Source: an uncultured virus (IMG/VR IMGVR_UViG_3300046534_001004) | Lineage: Duplodnaviria > Heunggongvirae > Uroviricota > Caudoviricetes | Virus record (IMG/VR): IMGVR_UViG_3300046534_001004 | DNA: 64,000 bases | Direction: 5' to 3' (one strand) | In this document: piece by piece, positions 55,852 through 64,000 of the stretch | Numbering within the stretch: the stretch's first letter is position 1 | How the letters are laid out: every line of letters begins with the position of its first letter | The notes under the pieces: generated by a model | What the model was told of the DNA's origin: nothing | What the model saw: the letters and a program-made list of their open reading frames with translations, nothing else | The model's database searches: none | Position numbers and translations under genes: made by a program

Positions 55852-57360
55852 TCATTCCCCTGTCTTAGCTTTGTTGCGGGCAGACTTTTTATCGCCTGTG
55901 TCGTCTCCGGCTGAGTTCTGGCTAGGTCCAGCCCTATCTCCAGTCTCTGGTGTCTTGAAAGGATGATCTTCAGCTTCCTCTAGTTTAGAAGCTGCCATTT
56001 CTTCTTCAAAGGTGAGAGCAGTGATTTTGCGCTTGCGAGCAATAGCATGTAGTGAAGAAGCGCTGATTGGGAAGCCCAAGGTGCGAGCAGTTGCCATCTC
56101 TACCATCGTCTGACCTGTGAGTGGTGTCTCGCCGAATTCTTTGTTCGGTGTGACTTTTACTTCTTCTGGGTTTAGACCCATCCATTCAGCACACGTCTTA
56201 AGGATATCTTCAAGCGCCATAGCGCCAGCGTCTGCGACTTGATTGAGGTCTGCTGTGCGGCTGGCAACACGGATACGCATACTGTCACCGCTCTCACGCT
56301 CGCGGCTGGTGCTGTCTAGAGTCTGCGCACCCATAGTACCAGCACGGCTCTCTAGTTTATCAATCGCCTCACGTTGCTCTGTGAGACCTTTACCTTCTAC
56401 TCCAACAAATTCCGCTGTTGCTCCTAACGGAAGATCTAAGCGAGCACCTGTACCAGTCCGGACAGCCTCTCCTTCGTCTAGTTGAGCTCCAGTAGTAACG
56501 AAAGTATCTTGCCCCTGCATGAACAAATTTTGGCGATAATCTGCATCTGACCTAAACAGGGTTAGACAAAGGTTGCTCAAGTCCAAAAGAACTGGATCAT
56601 CAGGCTCAGCAGTGACATCAACGGAGTTTACAATCACAAACGGAATTTTATTGAGTTCTCTACCTTTGTAGGAAGGTCTCTTCAACTCACTCTCATTAAA
56701 TGCGCTGTCGCGGAACAATGCTTGGCTGTATGTTCCGATTTGTTGGTTATCGTCAGGTTCACCGAGAATAAGGACTCTGTGTTGGGTTGTGAGATCCCAC
56801 ATGAAGTTATCTTTGCGAATGTAAGTAGTCTCGTCTAAGATCACCATGTTTAGTGAGTCTTTATTGAGATCAGTAGTACCAACGTCCCAATTGATGATAC
56901 GTTCTGCTCCATATAGAGACAAAATCGGTAAATCTGGTCCAGTGCCAGGAACAAGAGGCAAATCTGCCATAATACCAGTGCGACCAACAAGAAGTTGCTC
57001 TGAGTTGATTCGACGGAGGAAGTCTTCAAGTTTTTCACCCTTACTAGAGCGAATGTCTTCCATTCCTTCGGGTAGCTCTATTTTCGGAGGTTGATTGTGC
57101 ATCATACCAACCGCCATCTGCACAGCTTCGCGAACAAAGTTGTGATAACGAGCTCTTTTCAAATAAGCGGCGTAAGCAGTAGCTCCTGTAGAGTTTGCGT
57201 CTTTTCCATAGCCATCCAAAATGTGAGATGAAGTAGCAGGAAGGTATTGAGTATTTCGAGACTTAACTCGCTTCTCACCTTTGTACGTATCACGCATTTG
57301 CTTCCAGTCTGGAAGGTGTTCCGAGTAAGAAGGGTGATTTTGAGTGAGAGAATTATCCAT
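55852..57360 (-). CDS. Portal protein (DUF4055 family)
   Basis: HP.Y...W..MRD.Y.GE..VK, YLKRA.Y.N; follows TerL. Confidence 0.88.
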   Translation of the reverse strand: MDNSLTQNHPSYSEHLPDWKQMRDTYKGEKRVKSRNTQYLPATSSHILDGYGKDANSTGATAYAAYLKRARYHNFVREAVQMAVGMMHNQPPKIELPEGMEDIRSSKGEKLEDFLRRINSEQLLVGRTGIMADLPLVPGTGPDLPILSLYGAERIINWDVGTTDLNKDSLNMVILDETTYIRKDNFMWDLTTQHRVLILGEPDDNQQIGTYSQALFRDSAFNESELKRPSYKGRELNKIPFVIVNSVDVTAEPDDPVLLDLSNLCLTLFRSDADYRQNLFMQGQDTFVTTGAQLDEGEAVRTGTGARLDLPLGATAEFVGVEGKGLTEQREAIDKLESRAGTMGAQTLDSTSRERESGDSMRIRVASRTADLNQVADAGAMALEDILKTCAEWMGLNPEEVKVTPNKEFGETPLTGQTMVEMATARTLGFPISASSLHAIARKRKITALTFEEEMAASKLEEAEDHPFKTPETGDRAGPSQNSAGDDTGDKKSARNKAKTGE

Positions 57361-57406
57361 AAAGAAGAGCATACCTATATCTAATTGGTTTGACAATCAC
57401 TTTTTG

Positions 57407-58939
57407 TCAATGAGCGCCTGTCGTTGTTCCAGAACTTCCGGTTTGCCCAACAGAGCGGATAAAATAGCGAACCTCGTCAGCGACGTGGTCTTCTGCATCA
57501 GTGTTTATGTCGTCTGGGTTCTTTTCATCACGAGGGAGCACTGGTAAAGTCTCAATAAAAGCTGTGCAGTTAGTAAAAACGAATAAAGCTGGCTTCTCCC
57601 GAGGGAAAATAGCGATAACTTCACCTTTTTCATCTTTCTTCACGTTGGGTCCAGCGTTTCTGATACGCTGTCTCAGCTGAGACCAACCTGTAACACGAGA
57701 TCCAGGACGTTTATCGGCTGCGTTCCACATAATTCCAGGATAAATGTTCCCATCATCCAATCTTACTTTGGCTTTCATGTCCGTGGCGATACAATTTCCG
57801 TTTTCAGCCGCAAATATCTGCGAATCAGCAACACCTGCTTTGACGCGACACCAAGTTGTTCCTCTTTCTCTCCAACCACATTCCATTTCTTTCTTAACGA
57901 TACCTTCGGAGATCTCTGATGCCAGAATATTAAGCCCTTCGTTCGGACGGTTGTCGTGGCATCCATACCATTCTCGAATACGAAATACATCTCCCCGAAT
58001 GGTGCTTCGCCAATTTCCATCCCGTAGCTGTACGTCTTCTCCATTGCTGATTGCCCACCAGCCCACAGAGAAAGGCTTGCTCGCACCCCAGTCAAAGCTC
58101 CTAGTGATCTTCCAGTTATATGGAATATCAAACGGTAAGACAACATTGTACTTAGGATCCCATACATCGTCAAACATTCCTCCAGACACGATATCCCATG
58201 AACCATCTAACCAAGCCTTCTTCTGGGCTTCGTTATCAGCCGATGCAGCAATCTTCTGTTTGTATTCTGGATCTGCTTCAAGTAGTATGAGGTTCTCATC
58301 AATGTGTGATTTTATGCTGAGACGTGGAGGTTCTTTCTCACCATCTTCATCCATAATGTCACGACGAACTATCATGTTTAGGCTCTGCGGTTTGAAACGG
58401 TTCTTTACCCAATTATGACCAGGACCCGAGGGGTTCGTGGTTGCCCGACACATGCGTGGCATACCCTTCACAGAGGAACGGCAGGTAGACATCATTTTCT
58501 TGTAGCCTTTGGCGTTAGGCCAGTTACAGAGTTCTTCCCAGCCAATCCATGGATATTCGTGACCGTGATAGTTATCATAGTCATTTTCTTTTGCGAATTG
58601 TCGCAGAAGAAGCTGCTCACCAGTGGGCCAAGTCCACGTATGTTCGGAGTGGTTGAATTTCGCAGTAGGCCAAATCTGCGGTATCCATTTTTTTGTCTTC
58701 GAGATAACGTCGGTCAATTGCTTGTAGGTCTGACGAAACAGAATTCCTTTCCACCCAGCACCATGTCCTTTACCAACGTGCATACAATAAGACATGAGGA
58801 GAGAATCAGTTTTCCCACCTCCACGTGTCCCCTCAAACAATACCTCAAAGACAGGGGTTGAAGACAAGAACGCTTCTTGCGATCCAGGCATAGGTCTCCA
58901 GACTACATTCTTTGGATATGATTTCGTTTCAGTTTGCAT
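57407..58939 (-). CDS. terL: Terminase large subunit
   Basis: P.PGSQ, EGTRGGGKT, IGWEEL, TTNPSGPGH.WVK, SFDWG, EDHVADE.RY. Confidence 0.93.
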   Translation of the reverse strand: MQTETKSYPKNVVWRPMPGSQEAFLSSTPVFEVLFEGTRGGGKTDSLLMSYCMHVGKGHGAGWKGILFRQTYKQLTDVISKTKKWIPQIWPTAKFNHSEHTWTWPTGEQLLLRQFAKENDYDNYHGHEYPWIGWEELCNWPNAKGYKKMMSTCRSSVKGMPRMCRATTNPSGPGHNWVKNRFKPQSLNMIVRRDIMDEDGEKEPPRLSIKSHIDENLILLEADPEYKQKIAASADNEAQKKAWLDGSWDIVSGGMFDDVWDPKYNVVLPFDIPYNWKITRSFDWGASKPFSVGWWAISNGEDVQLRDGNWRSTIRGDVFRIREWYGCHDNRPNEGLNILASEISEGIVKKEMECGWRERGTTWCRVKAGVADSQIFAAENGNCIATDMKAKVRLDDGNIYPGIMWNAADKRPGSRVTGWSQLRQRIRNAGPNVKKDEKGEVIAIFPREKPALFVFTNCTAFIETLPVLPRDEKNPDDINTDAEDHVADEVRYFIRSVGQTGSSGTTTGAH

Positions 58940-58955
58940 GGTGAATGTTCTTTCC

Positions 58956-59567
58956 TTAGCTTAGGCCAAACCCTGCACGAACATCGACAGCCTGTAATTC
59001 GGTCAGTGTGGTTGCGTTTGCAATTTGCAGATAAAGCCCGCGACGTGCGGCGGTTAGCCCCCCATACATCACTCGGTATTGCGCCCGCAGCCGAAGGATT
59101 TTCTCGGCCATTTCTAAGGCAGTCTCTCCTGTAGGTTCGCGTAGCGTGTCGATCAAATCATTCTGACCGCCTGCAATCACCTCTTTGGAGGCTTCCACCT
59201 GCTCAGCCCAACCTTCGCGTTCTTCAAGAGGGTAGGCTTTGCTTAGAGGTTCCATCGCCTCGGAATAGGTACGGTTGACTTCGTGGTTCAAGGCGGCACG
59301 GATATCCTCAATAGTCATGTCCGAGATGGTCACAGTGCGCAGAACGCGGTCAGCCTCTACCGTGTCAACGCTGGTCGATGTAGTGCGTGCGGTTGTTGAG
59401 TTGTCCACCGTTACTACAACGATAGGAACAAGCTGTTCATCACCATAGACACCAGCGGTAGGGGGTGAAACCGTTTGGCCGTTCCCAAACGTCACGCGAC
59501 CTTTCCCGTCGTGGTAAGTGCCGATCACTTGACCGCCTCTGATGTGTGCAAGCATTTGTCGCGGCAT
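58956..59567 (-). CDS. Tail fibre assembly-like protein
   Basis: YPLEEREGW.EQ..A...IANATTL.EL.AV pattern. Confidence 0.6.
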   Translation of the reverse strand: MPRQMLAHIRGGQVIGTYHDGKGRVTFGNGQTVSPPTAGVYGDEQLVPIVVVTVDNSTTARTTSTSVDTVEADRVLRTVTISDMTIEDIRAALNHEVNRTYSEAMEPLSKAYPLEEREGWAEQVEASKEVIAGGQNDLIDTLREPTGETALEMAEKILRLRAQYRVMYGGLTAARRGLYLQIANATTLTELQAVDVRAGFGLS

Positions 59568-59601
59568 TTGTCGTTCCTTTATGTAACATTTGTTATGCGG
59601 T

Positions 59602-60288
59602 TTAGCCTAAAAGAACAGCTACTTGTGGGGCTTGGGATAAACGGTTGTAACTTGTGGTTATTTTCCCCGATGTGGTCTGACCGTTTTGAACCGCTTGGTA
59701 CGCTACTCCTAGTCTGTTGCTGCCCAAAATTTCCGTGGTTGTTTGATTCCAAAACGGTAAGGAGGTGTTGTATGCCTCAACAGTAATTGTGGTGGACGAG
59801 GAAGACTCAGCATAAATAAACGAACCAGCAACAACCGCCATTTGATCGTCTGCTGTCCCTGTAACTACTGCAAGATCGTGAGCGGTGGGGCTTGTCTGTA
59901 GACTTGTTGCAGCTGATAAAACTGACGGTGATCCCGTGGACTTTCTAAAGGATAGCATTTGACCGAGAAAGCGATTGCTTGATACCTGTCTAAAGTTAAT
60001 TGAAGACCCTAAATCCCCAGCGTCAGCTACTTTTGTGAAAATAATAGTTCTTTGGCTGGTGGAACTAGATTCCTGCCTCTCGACTTGCTTGGTCCATCCC
60101 GTAGGGGTAAGTGTGGTGGATCGTGACATGGTGCTGGCAACAAGTAAATCACCGACAACCGTTCCTGTTGGAACTGAAAGCGCGCAAAATATTGATACGT
60201 CGATACGGTAATTGCCCGCAGCCACAAAAGAAACTGTGCCACCCGCAGCGGCGTACCTTCCGCCTCTCATTGGTAAAATCAGGCTCAC
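59602..60288 (-). CDS. Beta-rich virion/fibre-associated protein
   Basis: VPTGT.VGDLLVA...TPTGWT...KVA..GD pattern. Confidence 0.6.
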   Translation of the reverse strand: MSLILPMRGGRYAAAGGTVSFVAAGNYRIDVSIFCALSVPTGTVVGDLLVASTMSRSTTLTPTGWTKQVERQESSSTSQRTIIFTKVADAGDLGSSINFRQVSSNRFLGQMLSFRKSTGSPSVLSAATSLQTSPTAHDLAVVTGTADDQMAVVAGSFIYAESSSSTTITVEAYNTSLPFWNQTTTEILGSNRLGVAYQAVQNGQTTSGKITTSYNRLSQAPQVAVLLG

Positions 60289-62564
60289 GGTAACGCTTCC
60301 ACATTAACCGTAGAATAGTCCGTTCCACCAATGTTCAAGATCGTCATTCGTAAAATGAATTTATCACCGTCAGTGGTTGTTAGAGAATCGCCAGAAACGT
60401 TATCAATTGCCGTTGTCGTGACTGGCCCCGCGCTGGCGTTGTTTGTCATGAAAATTAAAATGTCTGTTGCAGTGTTTGTCGCTAGTGTAGGGGCCGAAAG
60501 TGGAAACGCTCCACCGTTGACGATCTGTTTATAGTTTGAATCAGTTGGTGTTGCTGTGACGCTTGGTGTGTAGGTTGTGCCACCGCTTTGAGTACCATCA
60601 TCAGGCACAGACGCAGTGAAACCCGCTGTGAGGTTGTCAGGCACGTCAGCTTTCAAAGTGTCCGCGTCATATGCTTGCACGTTAACACCGATTTCAAGAC
60701 CTACGTTTGCCCTAAACAGAACAAAATTCAGAAAATCAGAGCCGTTGTTGCCACGAAGGACACAGCCGGACAATGCACCGTTACTACCACCGGAGAGGCC
60801 GATTGTGTATTCAACAAAGTCGGTCAGGGTGTTGCCACTAGTGTTTGAAGCTGTACTGCTAACGAACCACCACCCAAAGAACGTTGCTTCCTTCAGGACG
60901 GGGTTCAGAACGTATTCTTCTAACTCAACGCCAGCTTTCGCCAGAGTTAAATCAGCATAGTTGCCTTGACCGTACTGCAAAACGAAGTTGCCACTGGTGA
61001 AACGGTAAAGCCTGTGACCTACAAAAGTTCCTGAACCTAAAGATATCAGGCTTCCGGCATTATCCCAGACCAGAGGAAGGTCAGTGTTTCCCCCTGCATC
61101 AGTAGCATCCCGCAAGGCCAAGAAAAATTCAGCATTCGTCACTTGGTTAAAAGGAACTGTGTTTGCGTTAAACACGTTACCTGTTGCGCCAATCTTGACT
61201 ATCGATCCTTCTGTAGCATCAAAACCCATGTCACCAGCGCGACCGGTAATTATTTGACCTTCTTTTAGCGGTACACCGTTAGCCACAAGAACTCGAACGA
61301 TATCTCTTATCGTGTTCGCGTAGTGGCCGATTGTATTACTGGTGTATTCAAAGCTGACAATGGTGGAAGTTGACGTGTCCACAGCGATCCGCATAACGAA
61401 CAGTTTACTCTCCCAGTCTAGGTGGGTCGGAAGGGTAGTCTGTTGCTGCAAGGTGCCTGTGTTATCGACATAAACCCAAGTGGATTCCTTCGTTAAATCT
61501 GCAACGGTAACACCTACAGCACCCGCATAATCTATCCTGAAATAACCTGTAGATGTGTAAATTTCACCTTCAATCACTGGTATAGTGAAAGTTGTCCCAC
61601 CAACCACTACTGATGCCGTGTCAAAATCTTTAGATATCCCTGTACTTCGCGCCTTCAATAATGCGCCATCAACATCATCAAAAAACGTTTGCACATCAGT
61701 GCTGACAGCAACCTTCAGGTTAGTGTCGTCAAGTGTCATGTTTGCAACGTCGAAAGTTGGCGTTGCCCCACTCACTAGGCTTTGGTCCAGCGCCTTCACG
61801 TCAATAATTGACACCAGTTCCGAATCCATCAACGCACCAGCCGCTTCAACGGTTGTGGCGTTAGTCACGTTCGCACCGTCTGCCACATTCAGGGCGGTTA
61901 GAAGTGAACTTTTACTGATAGAACCTGTCAGCCCTACAACAGCTTGAACAGCGTCTGTCTGATCATGCTTAGACCAATTTCCGGTGAACGTGGTGGCTGA
62001 AGCATCGTCTGTTGTCGCAACGATGTTGTCACCGATTGCAAACGCCACACCGTCGACAATGCCAGCAACGGAAACGTAATAGAACCAACCTGTTTGAGCC
62101 AATCCGCTGCCAGCAAAACTTCCTGAAGACGCGTCCCAATCACCCTTGTAGACCATGCCGTTCGCAAGTGCAGCAATGTCAATTTCCATTTGGTCAAGGT
62201 CGACCGCTTGTGAAACAGTGATATAATCTAGCTTAGTTTCATCGCCCAACGTGAAACTTGCTGTCGTATTATCTAAAACGGTTGACCACGCCTGAACGGT
62301 TGACCCAATATCAGCACTTTGCAACGCGCTGTCAGCAAGGGAACCTTGTGAGCTTGAGGCAATGCCAGACAAACCTGAACCGTCACCGTCTATTGCCAGA
62401 CCGCCGATTGTAGCTAGGGCAGTTTCAGGTAAAGGCACGTCAGAAAAGTTGTTGGTGGCAAGTAACGCACCAGCAACACTACCAGAAGGGCCTTGAATTC
62501 CTACTTGAGAAACTACAATAGTAACTGATTCTGGAGAAGTGACAACTATTGTTTTATCTGACAT
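60285..62564 (-). CDS. Large fibre-like virion protein
   Basis: GIQGPSG collagen-like start, YKGDWDAS, IGVNVQAYDA segments. Confidence 0.65.
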   Translation of the reverse strand: MSDKTIVVTSPESVTIVVSQVGIQGPSGSVAGALLATNNFSDVPLPETALATIGGLAIDGDGSGLSGIASSSQGSLADSALQSADIGSTVQAWSTVLDNTTASFTLGDETKLDYITVSQAVDLDQMEIDIAALANGMVYKGDWDASSGSFAGSGLAQTGWFYYVSVAGIVDGVAFAIGDNIVATTDDASATTFTGNWSKHDQTDAVQAVVGLTGSISKSSLLTALNVADGANVTNATTVEAAGALMDSELVSIIDVKALDQSLVSGATPTFDVANMTLDDTNLKVAVSTDVQTFFDDVDGALLKARSTGISKDFDTASVVVGGTTFTIPVIEGEIYTSTGYFRIDYAGAVGVTVADLTKESTWVYVDNTGTLQQQTTLPTHLDWESKLFVMRIAVDTSTSTIVSFEYTSNTIGHYANTIRDIVRVLVANGVPLKEGQIITGRAGDMGFDATEGSIVKIGATGNVFNANTVPFNQVTNAEFFLALRDATDAGGNTDLPLVWDNAGSLISLGSGTFVGHRLYRFTSGNFVLQYGQGNYADLTLAKAGVELEEYVLNPVLKEATFFGWWFVSSTASNTSGNTLTDFVEYTIGLSGGSNGALSGCVLRGNNGSDFLNFVLFRANVGLEIGVNVQAYDADTLKADVPDNLTAGFTASVPDDGTQSGGTTYTPSVTATPTDSNYKQIVNGGAFPLSAPTLATNTATDILIFMTNNASAGPVTTTAIDNVSGDSLTTTDGDKFILRMTILNIGGTDYSTVNVEALP

Positions 62565-62841
62565 GTACCTCGACCCTTTCACTTGCTAAAGAGGTTCCAT
62601 CTGAAAGCTCCACCTGTAATCGTAGATAATACTTCCCGACAGTAACCATAGAAGTACCTTCAATAGTTATTGAGGCTAATCCGTTTGGGCCATCTACGAG
62701 TGTCGTTGTGCATTTTCCGTTGAGATCACCAGAGGCTTCAACTACCACAGGAGAAGTGATTGGAATAGCAGCCTCTGCTTCGTCTTGAAACAAGAATTGC
62801 AGAGTTGCATCTGATCCACTAGTGATAGAAATAATGTCCAT
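62554..62841 (-). CDS. Small Ig/BppU-like virion protein
   Basis: GSDATLQF...GKYYLRLQV; GAGG RBS. Confidence 0.5.
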   Translation of the reverse strand: MDIISITSGSDATLQFLFQDEAEAAIPITSPVVVEASGDLNGKCTTTLVDGPNGLASITIEGTSMVTVGKYYLRLQVELSDGTSLASERVEVHVR

Positions 62842-62903
62842 TTTATCCTCGTTCTGATAAAATTTAACTTAGCATTTCTTGTTCGCACTAGCAAGCCTAA
62901 AAC

Positions 62904-63209
62904 TTATCGAGACCTATCCGTGTTGCAGCCCTGACAGATAATTCTTAGATTGTCAAGATTGTTAGTTCCTCCCTTGGACTTTTCTAAGATATGATCGAGA
63001 CTAGCCATTCTTCTCGCTTGGGCTTTTCTTCCCTCTGGATCTTTGTTCCTCTTTATCTTTTCTTCATGAATTGGAAAGTACATTCTTTCCCCACAGCAAG
63101 GACAGAAGAATTCTTTATGAGCCCAAGCGCGAGCCTTCATGCGGCTTCCCGCTCTCATCGCTGTTTTATGAAAGTCTTTCATAATACGCTCCCATCGTTG
63201 CCGTCCCAA
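62904..63209 (-). CDS. HNH endonuclease
   Basis: CPCCG...SLDHILEKSKGGTNNLDNLRIICQGCN. Confidence 0.85.
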   Translation of the reverse strand: MGRQRWERIMKDFHKTAMRAGSRMKARAWAHKEFFCPCCGERMYFPIHEEKIKRNKDPEGRKAQARRMASLDHILEKSKGGTNNLDNLRIICQGCNTDRSR

Positions 63210-63508
63210 TCGTAGTAGACCATACGACCGTTTTCTCGTTCTACATGTGTAGATACGTGATGCCAGTGTGATTTCATTTCGTTTGTGACCACGGTATCGT
63301 ATTTCACCGGTTCATAGATAATCTTAACCTTAAACAAACCTCGAAAATATTGTCTGTGTCCTGAAACGGTGATGTCGGACACAACTCGTTCACTTTGCAT
63401 CAGTGTTCGATAATCATAAGAGCTCAGCTCGAGAACGTGTTTACCTCCTGTCTTCATGTCTTCTGTTTGCATTGCTTTGTGATATAGATAGTTGATTACT
63501 TGGATCAT
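63179..63508 (-). CDS. Hypothetical protein
   Basis: GGTGG RBS, operon packing. Confidence 0.55.
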   Translation of the reverse strand: MIQVINYLYHKAMQTEDMKTGGKHVLELSSYDYRTLMQSERVVSDITVSGHRQYFRGLFKVKIIYEPVKYDTVVTNEMKSHWHHVSTHVERENGRMVYYDWDGNDGSVL

Positions 63509-63519
63509 TTTATTTCCAC

Positions 63520-63735
63520 CTAAAAAAATTCAGTTAAAACATCTGGGTGTGATGGCAATGGAGCAAAAGGTCGTTCAACTCCCCACGGACCCAAGAACGC
63601 TTTACCATAGCCAAGCGACCACCCATTGTGTGCTTGTGACCACTTCACGTGAACCCACTTGCCGCGATGAAACGCTAAACACTCGACACCATCTTCACGA
63701 TCAGTAAGAGGGACTTCCCAAGGTTTGTCAGTCAT
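63520..63735 (-). CDS. Hypothetical protein
   Basis: ATGA overlap. Confidence 0.55.
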   Translation of the reverse strand: MTDKPWEVPLTDREDGVECLAFHRGKWVHVKWSQAHNGWSLGYGKAFLGPWGVERPFAPLPSHPDVLTEFF

Positions 63736-63998
63736 CTCTCTGCTCCCTTCATATTTATTTCGGTAATCTCAGCAACGACGCACTGAGCTGCACCCTGCAT
63801 AGAGTATCCACCAACCAACCCGACAACCGAGTAAGCTGCGTCCCAGTTTTTGTCTACGTAAGTACACCCGATACCCTGAACTTCTCCGTTTCGAGCTTCT
63901 TGCAGCATCCTTTCTAAAAACTTGATGACTACTTCGTTCGGTTCAGTTACGACAGGTAAACTGTGATATCCCGGTCCTGATATTACGTTGTCACTCAT
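63732..63998 (-). CDS. Hypothetical protein
   Basis: LERMLQEARNGEVQGI motif; at the window edge. Confidence 0.55.
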   Translation of the reverse strand: MSDNVISGPGYHSLPVVTEPNEVVIKFLERMLQEARNGEVQGIGCTYVDKNWDAAYSVVGLVGGYSMQGAAQCVVAEITEINMKGAER

Positions 63999-64000
63999 TT

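Noticed and set aside
28677..58861. Long plus-strand ORFs such as 28677..29306, 57744..58418 and 58415..58861
   Set aside because: They are antisense to well-supported minus-strand genes and show no recognisable motifs
1..64000. Prophage with integrase or flanking host genes
   Set aside because: No integrase, repressor/cro switch, att-like junction or bacterial housekeeping genes were recognised

Overview
The window is most or all of a ~64 kb lytic siphovirus genome, with almost every gene on the minus strand. Gene content resembles YuA/M6-like phages, and an alphaproteobacterial or marine host is plausible but not provable from the sequence. Modules: small early/accessory genes (~0.1-17.8 kb), replication and nucleotide metabolism (17.8-36.5 kb: primase-helicase, PolA, NrdJ, RecD-like and SNF2 helicases, with a ligase at 15.8-16.7 kb), a thymine-replacement/hypermodification cluster (dCMP deaminase, MazG, DUF3310, HD hydrolase, dUMP hydroxymethylase, GT-B glycosyltransferase, 5-hmdU DNA kinase), lysis (36.8-38.6 kb), and tail, head and terminase genes (38.9-62.8 kb). 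No integrase or CRISPR array was seen. Most notable: (1) a 616-bp segment with no GA or TC dinucleotide, carrying an Asp/Glu-free basic protein, plus shorter GA/TC-free islands elsewhere, possibly a sequence-encoded map of where DNA hypermodification is excluded; (2) a ~360-nt structured ncRNA with a circularly permuted tRNA-like domain (T arm, loop-closed acceptor stem, D arm; YrlA-like topology, no Ro60 seen) directly downstream of a 247-aa gene; (3) an hmU kinase paired with a glycosyltransferase rather than an amino-acid transferase; (4) a 17-bp palindromic GAYAA-N7-TTGTC site overlapping the -35 box of about 13 promoters. Family assignments are from motif recognition by eye, not database searches.
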